64,000 nt of DNA from NCBI GenBank assembly GCA_944332485.1, contig CALVKB010000001.1, forward strand, positions 22,924-86,923, written 5' to 3'. The stretch comes from an uncultured Bacilli bacterium. Its GTDB lineage: Bacteria; Bacillota_I; Bacilli_A; RFN20; CAG-288. A program made the translations under genes and the position numbers. Positions within the stretch are counted from its first letter, which is position 1; each line of letters begins with the position of its first letter. Shown piece after piece: positions 1-9,478 of the stretch. The notes beneath the pieces were generated by a model. It was not told the DNA's origin, ran no database searches, and saw nothing but the letters and a program-made list of their open reading frames with translations.

Positions 1-159
1 AGCGGTTCTTGGTATTCCTATGGAAATACTAAAATCGGACAAGGTACAGTTCAAATGTACAAATATTTGGAACAAAATCCAAATATCTTTGCAGAAATTG
101 AGAGTAAAGTTTTGGAAAATTTAAAAAACAACATTCCATTAGAGAAAAAAATCAAATAA
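1..159 (+). CDS. recA: RecA, C-terminal fragment (5' end outside window)
   Basis: Frame 1 reads SGSWYSYGNTKIGQGTVQMYKYLEQNPNIFAEIESKVLENLKNN...KIK then TAA at 157-159. This matches the RecA C-terminal 'GSWYSY...GQG' region. Too short for the ORF track. Confidence 0.65.
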   Translation, partial: SGSWYSYGNTKIGQGTVQMYKYLEQNPNIFAEIESKVLENLKNNIPLEKKIK

Positions 160-347
160 TTTTCTTATTTTTTAGTAATAAATAGTATGTTATATAAAAT
201 TTTTATATAATTATTTTTGGATGTAAGTTCTCTTACAGCCGACTTATCTTATAAAATTAATTTGAATTAAATATACATACAATTATTTATAAAGTTATAT
301 TTTATTTTTATCGCTGTAAGACTTTCCTCCAGAAAGGAAATTTTAAA

Positions 348-1940
348 ATGTTTTTAGTAGATACAATGGATTTTACTCTTGCAATATCATTGCTAGTGGT
401 TTTACCTATATTAGCTTTGTTATTAGGAGGCTTAATTGTATTTTTAATCTACCATTTTTCACCAAAATTAAAAGACAAAAAAGCCAAAAAAGAAATTGAA
501 ATCATGATGAGAAACGCTGAGATAAAAGCAGAACAAATTCAGAAAAATGCCAAGATCGATGCTAAAGTTTATCAACAGGAAGCTAGACAACAAGCCGATC
601 AGGAGATCAAAGAACGTAAAGCTGGAGTTATCGAACAAGAGAAGAAGTTAGAAGCTCGTGAAGCTCAAATTAACAAACGTGATGAGATTTTAACTCAGAA
701 AGAGAATATCTTAGAGGAGAAAAAATCCTATTACGAACAGAAAGCTAAACATATGGAAGTCAAAGAAACTGAATTGCAACAGAAGATTGATTCCATAATT
801 GTTGAACTTGAAAAAGTTGCTAAACTTACTCAAAAACAGGCTCATGATGAAATTATCAGAAGAGTCGAGGAAAAAACAACCAAAGAGATCGCTTTATATG
901 TCCAACAAAAAGAGGATGAAGCCGAATTGCAACTTGAAACTCGTGCCAAAGAATTACTGGGTTTAGCAATCGATAAATATGCTCAAGATGTTGTTACCGA
1001 AAGAACAACCAACACCATCGATATTCCATCTGATGAGATGAAAGGTCGTATCATCGGACGTGAAGGAAGAAACATCAAATCATTGGAAGCTTTGTTGGGT
1101 GTTGACATTTTAATCGATGATACACCAAACGCAATTTCCATCTCTTCTTTCAATCCAGTTAGAAGAGAGATTGCTCGTCAAACTTTGGATATGCTTATCA
1201 AGGATGGTAGAATTCAACCTGGTAGAATTGAAGAAATTTACAAGAAAATCATCTCAGAATTTAATTCAACCTTGAGAAAAATCGGTGAACAAACCTGCCA
1301 AAAACTCGGTATTGTTCGTATAAATAAAGAGATGTACGATTACATAGGAAGATTGAAATACAGAACTTCATATGGTCAAAACGCTTTGGATCATTCAATC
1401 CAAGTTGCTTATTTATGTGGCATTATGGCAGCTGAATTAGGTTTGGATGTCAACTTAGCAAAACGTGCTGGATTGTTGCACGATATCGGTAAAGCTGCCG
1501 ATTTCGAAATGGAAGGTTCTCACGTTGAAGTTGGTGCAAGAATTTGTAAAAAGTACAACGAACCAGATGTTGTTATAAATGGTATTGAATCTCACCACGG
1601 TGATAAACCTATGAAGTATTTGATCTCGAACATCGTTCAAGCTGCTGATACTTTATCAGCCGCTCGTCCAGGTGCTAGAAGTGAAACTTTGGAAAACTAC
1701 ATTCAGAGAATAGAGAAGATCGAAGATATATGTAAAAGTTTTGAAGGTGTCAGTAATTGCTATGCTATGCAATCCGGTCGTGAAGTTAGAGTGAGTGTCA
1801 TCCCTGAGAGAGTCAGTGATGAACAAACTGTCATTTTAGCTCAACAGATCAAAACAAAATTGGAACAAGAAGCAACATATCCAGGCCAAATTAAAGTTAA
1901 CGTAATAAGAGAGTGGCGTGCCACTGAAATAGCCAAATAA
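348..1940 (+). CDS. rny: Ribonuclease Y
   Basis: N-terminal TM helix, long coiled-coil, KH motif GRIIGREGRNIKSLE, HD domain (LLHDIGKA ... ESHHGD). 530 aa is typical of RNase Y. Confidence 0.95.
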   Translation: MFLVDTMDFTLAISLLVVLPILALLLGGLIVFLIYHFSPKLKDKKAKKEIEIMMRNAEIKAEQIQKNAKIDAKVYQQEARQQADQEIKERKAGVIEQEKKLEAREAQINKRDEILTQKENILEEKKSYYEQKAKHMEVKETELQQKIDSIIVELEKVAKLTQKQAHDEIIRRVEEKTTKEIALYVQQKEDEAELQLETRAKELLGLAIDKYAQDVVTERTTNTIDIPSDEMKGRIIGREGRNIKSLEALLGVDILIDDTPNAISISSFNPVRREIARQTLDMLIKDGRIQPGRIEEIYKKIISEFNSTLRKIGEQTCQKLGIVRINKEMYDYIGRLKYRTSYGQNALDHSIQVAYLCGIMAAELGLDVNLAKRAGLLHDIGKAADFEMEGSHVEVGARICKKYNEPDVVINGIESHHGDKPMKYLISNIVQAADTLSAARPGARSETLENYIQRIEKIEDICKSFEGVSNCYAMQSGREVRVSVIPERVSDEQTVILAQQIKTKLEQEATYPGQIKVNVIREWRATEIAK

Positions 1941-2734
1941 TGTATTTGAATTTATTATTTATAGGTGATATTTTCGGAAAGATTGGAAGAAATTGTGTTG
2001 AAAAAATACTTCCTTCTATAAAAAAGGAGTACAACATAAATTTCATCATTGCCAATTCCGAAAATTCCACCCATGGTAATGGTTGCTCTTACTCAAATTA
2101 CAAAACTTTCATGACACTCGGATTAAATTGTTTAACTTCCGGTAATCATTTTCTCGGTCATAAAGATGTCTATGAGCACCCTGAGTTATTCGATAATCAA
2201 TTACGTCCTTTGAACTTTCCAAAAAATTACCCACTTGTTGGAAGTAAAGTTTACAATTTCAACAACTACAAAATACGTATAACAAATATGATAGGTAACA
2301 CCTTCATGCAACCATGCATGGATAATCCTTTTGAAACTTTCAATGAATTTCTAACAACTGTTAAAAATACTCATGATTTTCATTTGGTGGATTATCATGC
2401 GGAAGCAACTGGTGAAAAAAGAGCCTTCGCTGAGATGTTTTCAAACGATGTTGATGCGATAATAGGTACTCATACTCATGTTCAAACAAACGATGATGCA
2501 ATTTTGAACAACAGAACATTTTTCATAACAGATGTCGGCTATACAGGAGCGGTTGATTCTATTTTAGGTGCTGACAAAAAAGCGATGATCTTAAGGTCAG
2601 CTTACAATATGCGTTCGAAGATATCTCACCCTGAAACTGGATTATGTAATTTCTGTGCAGTTTATTTACAATACGACTTTGATAAAAATGCAATTACTAA
2701 ATTTGAAAAAATATCCAGAAAAATTGAAGTGTAG
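1940..2734 (+). CDS. ymdB: YmdB-family metallophosphoesterase (2',3'-cyclic-nucleotide phosphodiesterase)
   Basis: GDIFGKIGR N-terminal motif, GNHF, and GTHTHV metallophosphatase motifs. Lies immediately after rny, as in B. subtilis. Confidence 0.85.
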   Translation: MYLNLLFIGDIFGKIGRNCVEKILPSIKKEYNINFIIANSENSTHGNGCSYSNYKTFMTLGLNCLTSGNHFLGHKDVYEHPELFDNQLRPLNFPKNYPLVGSKVYNFNNYKIRITNMIGNTFMQPCMDNPFETFNEFLTTVKNTHDFHLVDYHAEATGEKRAFAEMFSNDVDAIIGTHTHVQTNDDAILNNRTFFITDVGYTGAVDSILGADKKAMILRSAYNMRSKISHPETGLCNFCAVYLQYDFDKNAITKFEKISRKIEV

Positions 2735-2743
2735 TTAAATTGA

Positions 2744-2784
2744 GGATGAGTTAAATTTCAAAAATTAAACTCATCCTTTTAATT
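2744..2784 (+). terminator. Rho-independent terminator after ymdB
   Basis: Stem ggatgagtt / aactcatcc followed by a T-run. Confidence 0.55.
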
Positions 2785-2880
2785 TGTATTTATTTTTATA
2801 TTAACAACATATAAACGCTCAAAAATTGAATATCAAGATTATTTTTGATATTATTTTTAGCAGATAAGTGAGGAGTTACA

Positions 2881-3153
2881 ATGGAAATTTTAAAAGTTGC
2901 TAAAGAGACTAATATAAATAAACTTGCTGGTTCTATCGCCAATAATCTTAGAAACGATGGTGAAGTTGCAATCTGTATGATCGGTGCACAATCCATCAAT
3001 CAAACGATCAAAGGCTGCATCATCGCAAGAAGATACTTGAAAGAGGAAAATAAGGACTTGTACATTCAGCCTGATTTCTTCGACACAACTTCCACCGCTG
3101 AAAATCGTGTCACTGGTATCCAATTCACCATCAAAGTTGTTAATCTCGCATAA
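2881..3153 (+). CDS. spoVS: SpoVS-family protein
   Basis: MEILKVA...NKLAGSIANNLR...IGAQSINQTIKGCIIARRYL aligns closely with B. subtilis SpoVS (MEILKVSAKS..VAGALAGVLR..IGAGALNQAVKAVAIARGF). Confidence 0.85.
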   Translation: MEILKVAKETNINKLAGSIANNLRNDGEVAICMIGAQSINQTIKGCIIARRYLKEENKDLYIQPDFFDTTSTAENRVTGIQFTIKVVNLA

Positions 3154-3157
3154 TTAA

Positions 3158-4621
3158 ATGAGCAAAAATAAAAAAAATAAGCCCATCATCATTGAAGAGC
3201 CTAATTTTAACAAGGCTAAATTTAGAAGCACCTCAAATCTGGATTTTATAGATGCAGATTTGAGTGTTCCAAACAATTTGAAACAATGGGCAAACAACAA
3301 AAAATACTTGATTAAAACATTCGGATGTCAAGGCAATGTTCGAGATACTGAATATCTGAAAGGATACTTCAATATTTTGAACATGTCTGAAACCGATGAT
3401 TTTTCAAATGCAGATATCATATTATTCAACACTTGTGCTATCAGAGAAAATGCCGAAAATAAACTTTTCGCTGAACTAGGTAATCTTAGAAAATACTATG
3501 AGAAGAATAAAAATCTCATCATCGGTGTCTGTGGTTGTGTTATGCAAGAGGAAAATCCATATAGCTTATTAAGGCAAAGTTTTCCTTTTGTCAAACTTGT
3601 ATTTGGAACATTCAATATCAATCATATATTCAACCTTTTATCGAAAGTTATTGAAAGCAATACAAGGGTTGTTGAAGTTTTTTCAAAGCAAGGTGAAATC
3701 ATTGAAAATATGCCAACAGTCCGTAACGATAAGTATAAAGCGTTCGTAAACATAATGTACGGCTGTGATAAATTCTGCAGTTATTGCATCGTCCCTTTCA
3801 CAAGAGGTCAACAACGTTCAAGAAAACTAACTGATATTCTCAAAGAAGTCAATCAGTTGATTGAAAATGGTTATAAGGAAGTTACTTTAGTTGGTCAAAA
3901 TGTCAATTCCTACGGTTTAGATTTAACACAATCAGATAAAACTAGTTTCTACGAACTATTGGAAAAAGTTGCTCAAACTAAGATTGAAAGAATAAGATTC
4001 ACAACAAGTCATCCTTTTGATTTCAACGAGAAAGTTTTCGAGATTATGGCTAAATATAAAAATATAATGCCAGCTTTGCATCTTCCTTTACAATCAGGCT
4101 CTGATTCTGTTTTGAAAGCGATGAATAGAAAATATGATGTCGAACGTTATAAACAACTGGTAGCTTTGTTAAGAAAACACATACCTGATGTTTGTTTAAC
4201 AACTGACATCATTGTTGGTTTTCCAACTGAGACGCTCGAAGACTTCAACAAAACTATCGAACTTTGCAAAGAGATCCGCTTCGATGCTGCTTACACATTT
4301 ATCTTCTCGCCAAGAGAAGGAACAGTCGCTGCTAAAATGACAAACATCACTCCTAAAGATGAAATATCAAGAAGATTTTTAATTTTAAAAGATACTATAG
4401 ATAAAATTACCGAAGAGAAAGGTCATGAATATGTGAATAAAACTGTCAATGTTCTTTTCGACAGTATCAGTAAGAAAAACGAAAATATGATCTCCGGTTA
4501 TGACGAGCATAACAAATTAATCCATGTTAAATATCAAGATAATTTGATTGGTACTATAAGAAAAGTTAAAATTAAAGAGTCACATACATTTTCATTTATA
4601 GGAGAAGTTTTGGATGAGTAA
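3158..4621 (+). CDS. miaB: tRNA-2-methylthio-N6-dimethylallyladenosine synthase (radical SAM methylthiotransferase)
   Basis: UPF0004 N-domain (FGCQGNVRDTEY), radical-SAM CDKFCSYCIVP, C-terminal TRAM domain. N-terminal extension as in B. subtilis YmcB. Confidence 0.9.
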   Translation: MSKNKKNKPIIIEEPNFNKAKFRSTSNLDFIDADLSVPNNLKQWANNKKYLIKTFGCQGNVRDTEYLKGYFNILNMSETDDFSNADIILFNTCAIRENAENKLFAELGNLRKYYEKNKNLIIGVCGCVMQEENPYSLLRQSFPFVKLVFGTFNINHIFNLLSKVIESNTRVVEVFSKQGEIIENMPTVRNDKYKAFVNIMYGCDKFCSYCIVPFTRGQQRSRKLTDILKEVNQLIENGYKEVTLVGQNVNSYGLDLTQSDKTSFYELLEKVAQTKIERIRFTTSHPFDFNEKVFEIMAKYKNIMPALHLPLQSGSDSVLKAMNRKYDVERYKQLVALLRKHIPDVCLTTDIIVGFPTETLEDFNKTIELCKEIRFDAAYTFIFSPREGTVAAKMTNITPKDEISRRFLILKDTIDKITEEKGHEYVNKTVNVLFDSISKKNENMISGYDEHNKLIHVKYQDNLIGTIRKVKIKESHTFSFIGEVLDE

Positions 4622-4952
4622 AATTGATTACGACAAACTTATCAATGAGGATATCGATAATATCATCGATATAATAAATCATGATAAATATGTTCAAACA
4701 TTTCTTAGATTGAAACATTTTATTATCAACGATCCAAAATTGTTATCTTTAGAAAGTAGCGTTGCTGAATACAAATTTAAAGCTAAAAAATCATCTGGTG
4801 AAGAGAAGATAAAATATCTTCAACTAGCCAACAAAGCCTATGAACAATATATAAATTCTCCTGCCATGACAAATTATGATTATTATCTCAATCTAATGGA
4901 GAAAAAAATTGAAATTGTCTCATCAATTTTTCCACAGAAGAACGAAGATTAA
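4614..4952 (+). CDS. YmcA/RicA-like (YheA/YmcA family) protein
   Basis: About 110 aa helical protein in the position occupied by ymcA (ricA) in B. subtilis. Overlaps the miaB stop by 8 nt. Family assignment from position and composition only. Confidence 0.45.
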   Translation: MSKIDYDKLINEDIDNIIDIINHDKYVQTFLRLKHFIINDPKLLSLESSVAEYKFKAKKSSGEEKIKYLQLANKAYEQYINSPAMTNYDYYLNLMEKKIEIVSSIFPQKNED

Positions 4953-4954
4953 AT

Positions 4955-4978
4955 AAACCGCTCAGGCGGTTTTTTAAT
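4955..4978 (+). terminator. Rho-independent terminator
   Basis: aaccgctcaggcggtt followed by ttttt. Confidence 0.6.
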
Positions 4979-5029
4979 TTGTGAATATAATATAATTAAT
5001 TAAGTTATTTATAGGATCTAGTATGTAGT

Positions 5030-7621
5030 ATGGCGAATAAAAAAGAACAGAAAGAAAAGACAACTTTCACCCCGATGATTCAACAATATTTGAAAATCAA
5101 AGAACAAAATAAAGATGTTCTTATATTTTTCAGATTGGGTGATTTTTACGAGTTATTTTTCGAAGATGCCGAGATAGCTTCAAAGGAATTGCAATTATTT
5201 TTAACGAGTAAATCAGCTGGAAACAATCAAAAAATCAGAATGTGCGGAGTCCCGCATCACGCTTATAAATCTTACGTTCAAAAATTGTTGGATAACGGTC
5301 ATAAAGTTGCCATTGTTGAACAATTAGAAGATCCTAAACTCGCTCAGAACAAATTAGTTCAAAGGGATGTTGTTCAAATTATAACTCCTGGTGCTAACAT
5401 GGACTTAAAAACAAATGAAAATAACTATATAGCTTCGATAGAACTTGATAATAGCATATGTTCAATAGCTTTTTGTGATATGTCAACAGGTGAACTTATA
5501 GCAACTAATGTCATAAATGAAAACAGTGAAATTCTCTCAGCATTACTTGATAAAGATGTCAAAGAAGTGGTTTTTTCAAGTTTTGTCAATGCAAATTTGG
5601 TCAGTTTTATAAAACAAAATCGTGCCAATATTTTAATCTCGGAATGCAACGATGTTGAAACAAGTCTTGAGATGGAACCATTATTTGAATATTTGAAAGA
5701 TCCACGACAGATAAAAGCGATAACCCGTTTGATCAATTACTTGCGTTTCACACAAAAACGTGAAATTTCATACTTTAAAAAGGTCATTAGTAAACAATCA
5801 AACAAGGTTCTTAAAATCGATTATCAAGCTAAAAATAACCTCGAATTGATAAGATCCCTCGATAACAAAAAAGTCTATGGCACTTTGTATTGGTTTTTAA
5901 ACAAAACCAAAACACCGATGGGTAGCCGTTACCTTAAACGTATAATCGATGAACCAAGTGCTGATATAGATGAGATCAATCAACGTTTGGATGTAGTTAC
6001 ATATTTTATCGATAATTTCATCGATCGTGAGGATTTAGTATCTTTTTTAAGTGAAGTTTATGATTTGGATCGCTTAATCGCTCGTATCGGTTACAATTCA
6101 ACAAATGGACATGATATGCTCCAATTGAAAAAATCACTGATTACTATTCCAAAAATTAAAAATGTTTTACAAAAATGTCCTTTGAAACTTGTTCAAGATA
6201 TCACTAACAGAATTTCAAATTTCGATTATTTAGTTGAAAAGCTTGAAAAAGCCATTGTTGAAGAACCTCCTATTACAATCACTGAAGGTGGTATTTTCAA
6301 AAAAGGATATGACTCAGAACTTGATGAATTGATCGATATCAACACATCTTTGAAGCAATGGATTTCTCAGTTGGAATTGAAAGAAAGAGAAAGAACCAAC
6401 ATCAAAACCTTGAAAGTCGGTTATACAAAAATATTCGGTTACTACATCGAAATATCAACTGGTGCTTTGAAAGATGTCAAAGATGAGTTTGGTTATGAAA
6501 GAAAACAAACTTTGACAACCGGTGAAAGATTCGTCACAAAAGAATTGAAGGAGAACGAAGAGAAAATTTTACATGCTTCTGAACTTAGAAAAGATAGAGA
6601 GTACAAGTTGTTCTGTGAACTTAGGGATGAATTTAAAACCTACACACATCAAATTCAGGATTTATCAGATTGTTTAAGTTACCTTGATGTTCTTTTAAGT
6701 TTTGCATCAGTATCATCTGATAACAACTTTGTCAGACCTATTTTCAACGATGAAAATTTAGTCGATGTTAAACAATCAAGACACGTTGTCATGGAACAAT
6801 GCAACAAAGATAAAAAATTTGTTCCGAATGATTTTTACATGGATAACAACACCGATGTTTTACTTATCACCGGTCCTAATATGGGTGGTAAATCAACATA
6901 TATGAGGCAACTTGCTTTAAATGTTGTGATGGCACAGATCGGTACATACGTCTCCGCAGAATATTACAATTGTCCAATTTTTGATCAGATTTTCACAAGA
7001 ATCGGAGCTTCAGATGATATTATCAAAGGTCAATCAACATTCATGATGGAGATGGAAGAGGTCAATCACGCTTTGAAACAATCGACAAGTCACTCCCTTA
7101 TATTATTCGATGAGATCGGTCGTGGAACTGCAACATATGATGGTATGGCACTTGCCCAAGCTATTTTGGAATACTTAGTCACAAAAGTTCATGCTAAAAC
7201 TTTATTTTCAACTCACTACCATGAATTAACAAATTTAGTAAGTGAAATTAAGCAAATAAAAAATATTCATGTTGGCGTCAAAGAGGAAGATGGTAACATC
7301 ACTTTTTTATACAAAGTTTTAGATGGACCGATGGATAAATCCTATGGTATCAATGTCGCAAGTTTAGCAAATATGCCGAAATCACTTTTGGATAGAGCGA
7401 AAATTATATTGAAAACATTCGAATCAATTTCCAACAAAGATATTGATTTTATCAAAAAATCGATGGCTGATTTTGAGAAACAACAAAAACAAGAAATTGA
7501 AGCATCAAACGATAAACTTAAAGCAACTTTAAATAAAATTAAAAAGATTGACCCTGTCAATTTAACACCATTAGAAGCTTTAAATTTCGTATTTGAATTG
7601 AAGAAAGATATAGGTGATTAA
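5030..7621 (+). CDS. mutS: DNA mismatch repair protein MutS
   Basis: Walker A GPNMGGKSTYMRQ, STF/MMEM motifs; 863 aa. Confidence 0.95.
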   Translation: MANKKEQKEKTTFTPMIQQYLKIKEQNKDVLIFFRLGDFYELFFEDAEIASKELQLFLTSKSAGNNQKIRMCGVPHHAYKSYVQKLLDNGHKVAIVEQLEDPKLAQNKLVQRDVVQIITPGANMDLKTNENNYIASIELDNSICSIAFCDMSTGELIATNVINENSEILSALLDKDVKEVVFSSFVNANLVSFIKQNRANILISECNDVETSLEMEPLFEYLKDPRQIKAITRLINYLRFTQKREISYFKKVISKQSNKVLKIDYQAKNNLELIRSLDNKKVYGTLYWFLNKTKTPMGSRYLKRIIDEPSADIDEINQRLDVVTYFIDNFIDREDLVSFLSEVYDLDRLIARIGYNSTNGHDMLQLKKSLITIPKIKNVLQKCPLKLVQDITNRISNFDYLVEKLEKAIVEEPPITITEGGIFKKGYDSELDELIDINTSLKQWISQLELKERERTNIKTLKVGYTKIFGYYIEISTGALKDVKDEFGYERKQTLTTGERFVTKELKENEEKILHASELRKDREYKLFCELRDEFKTYTHQIQDLSDCLSYLDVLLSFASVSSDNNFVRPIFNDENLVDVKQSRHVVMEQCNKDKKFVPNDFYMDNNTDVLLITGPNMGGKSTYMRQLALNVVMAQIGTYVSAEYYNCPIFDQIFTRIGASDDIIKGQSTFMMEMEEVNHALKQSTSHSLILFDEIGRGTATYDGMALAQAILEYLVTKVHAKTLFSTHYHELTNLVSEIKQIKNIHVGVKEEDGNITFLYKVLDGPMDKSYGINVASLANMPKSLLDRAKIILKTFESISNKDIDFIKKSMADFEKQQKQEIEASNDKLKATLNKIKKIDPVNLTPLEALNFVFELKKDIGD

Positions 7622-7622
7622 T

Positions 7623-9476
7623 ATGAGCAAAGTTTATTTGATGCCGATGGAACTTGCTAACAAAATCGCCGCTGGAGAGGTTGTTGAGCGTCCAAGTTCA
7701 GTCATAAAAGAACTTGTTGAAAATTCCATCGATGCCGAAGCAACAGAGATAACAGTTTCTATAATCGATGGTGGAAGAACCATGATAAAAGTTATCGATA
7801 ATGGTTGTGGAATGTCAAAAGAAGATGCTGTTTTATCATTCTCTCGCCATGCTTCAAGCAAAATTAGAAATACTTATGATTTGGATAGTTTGAAAACCTT
7901 AGGCTTCAGAGGTGAAGCTATCCCATCCATAGCTTCTGTTTCAAATTTCACAATGGAAACCTCAGATGGAGTAACCGGCACAAAAATTGTCAAAACACCT
8001 GATGCTGATTTGATAGTTTCAAACGGAACTCTTAGAAAAGGAACAACTATCACAATAGAAAAACTTTTTTACAATGTTCCAGCTAGATTGAAATTTTTAA
8101 AATCCGATAAATTTGAAAAGATGAAATGCGTTGAAATTATGGAAAATATCGCTCTTGGTTTTCCAAACATTCAATTTATCGTTAAAGCAGATGAAAAAGT
8201 AGTTTTCAAAACTTCTGGAAGAAACAATTTACTCGAAGCTATTTTTCAAGTGAGAGGAAGTTCAATCGCTAAGAATTTATACAAAATTCACCATAAAGAG
8301 AATGGTTTAGAGATAGATGGATATATAAGTAAACCGGAGACAAATTTTTCATCAAGATTTGAGATGCACACCTATATAAATTCGAGAGTTATCTACAATT
8401 ACAAATTAAATAGATGCATCGAAGAAGTCTACAAAGATTATTTAGCTCCCAATAGATATCCTTACACCTGTATAAATTTCAAAATTGACCCATATTTAGT
8501 TGATGTCAATGTTCACCCTTCAAAAAAGGAAGTTAAAATTTCAAATGAAGAACATATAATATCCGTTTTAAAAAAAATCATCAAAGAGAAATTACTCAGT
8601 GAAAAGCCAACATACAACATCAATTTCAGACAAAAAGATGAACCATCACAACAGGAGAAACTTATCAACGAAGAGGAACTTGTTGAATTATTAAATAAAT
8701 CGAATTTCTCATCATTCGCTTTTGAAGAAAAAACAAAAGTTGAAACAAATGAAACAACTGACTCAAATGATCTTCCTTTTGATTTGTTTGAAACAAAAGT
8801 AGAAAACAAGGATAAAATCGAACCCAATATACCAAGTTTTGAAGATAAGCACTTAATTTTGAATGATTCACAAGCGAAAACATCCAACTCACTACTTTCA
8901 CTTAATTTAACTCCATTAGGTCAAATTTCAAACACATATATAGTTTTCGATTCAGAAAAAGGTCTTGTTTTGATGGATCAACATGCCGCAGCAGAAAGAA
9001 TCAATTTTGAAAAGTACAACTCTCTTTTCAAAAATCCAATTTACTCAGCCACTCCTTTGATTCCTATACTGATCGATGTATCACCAAATTTAATGCTCAA
9101 TTTTGATGACGAACACAAAAATAATTTAAAAAACATCGGTGTTATTTGTGAAGAATTTGGACAAAATACAATAAAAGTTTCTGAAATACCGACATTTTTG
9201 TTGAATAAAGAGGAGTACATATCAGATATCATCACTTTGTGCTTGCAGGACAAAAATATCTCTTATACGGACTTGATCAAAGATACTATCGCATCTATAG
9301 CCTGCAAAGCTTCGATAAAAGCCAACAGAAAATTGACATTTGATGAAATCCAATACTTAGTTGCAAAGCTTAGAAAATGTGAAAATCCTGCCAATTGCCC
9401 ACATGGACGTCCGACTGTGATACTTTTAACTTTACAAGAGATTGAAAAGTTATTCAAAAGAACAGGAGGCTTCTAA
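7623..9476 (+). CDS. mutL: DNA mismatch repair protein MutL
   Basis: GHKL ATPase motifs ELVENSIDA, DNGCGM. C-terminal endonuclease-type domain with a CPHGRP motif. ATG at 7623 is preceded by AGGTGA. The ORF track's 7614 would be a GTG start overlapping mutS. Confidence 0.93.
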   Translation: MSKVYLMPMELANKIAAGEVVERPSSVIKELVENSIDAEATEITVSIIDGGRTMIKVIDNGCGMSKEDAVLSFSRHASSKIRNTYDLDSLKTLGFRGEAIPSIASVSNFTMETSDGVTGTKIVKTPDADLIVSNGTLRKGTTITIEKLFYNVPARLKFLKSDKFEKMKCVEIMENIALGFPNIQFIVKADEKVVFKTSGRNNLLEAIFQVRGSSIAKNLYKIHHKENGLEIDGYISKPETNFSSRFEMHTYINSRVIYNYKLNRCIEEVYKDYLAPNRYPYTCINFKIDPYLVDVNVHPSKKEVKISNEEHIISVLKKIIKEKLLSEKPTYNINFRQKDEPSQQEKLINEEELVELLNKSNFSSFAFEEKTKVETNETTDSNDLPFDLFETKVENKDKIEPNIPSFEDKHLILNDSQAKTSNSLLSLNLTPLGQISNTYIVFDSEKGLVLMDQHAAAERINFEKYNSLFKNPIYSATPLIPILIDVSPNLMLNFDDEHKNNLKNIGVICEEFGQNTIKVSEIPTFLLNKEEYISDIITLCLQDKNISYTDLIKDTIASIACKASIKANRKLTFDEIQYLVAKLRKCENPANCPHGRPTVILLTLQEIEKLFKRTGGF

Positions 9477-9478
9477 TA

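Noticed and set aside
2796-3123. Minus-strand ORFs of 67 and 77 aa
   Set aside because: They overlap the promoter and coding region of spoVS, which has a strong homology signal.
7614-7622. GTG start for mutL overlapping mutS
   Set aside because: The ATG at 7623, preceded by AGGTGA with 5-nt spacing, gives the conserved MutL N-terminus and is preferred.
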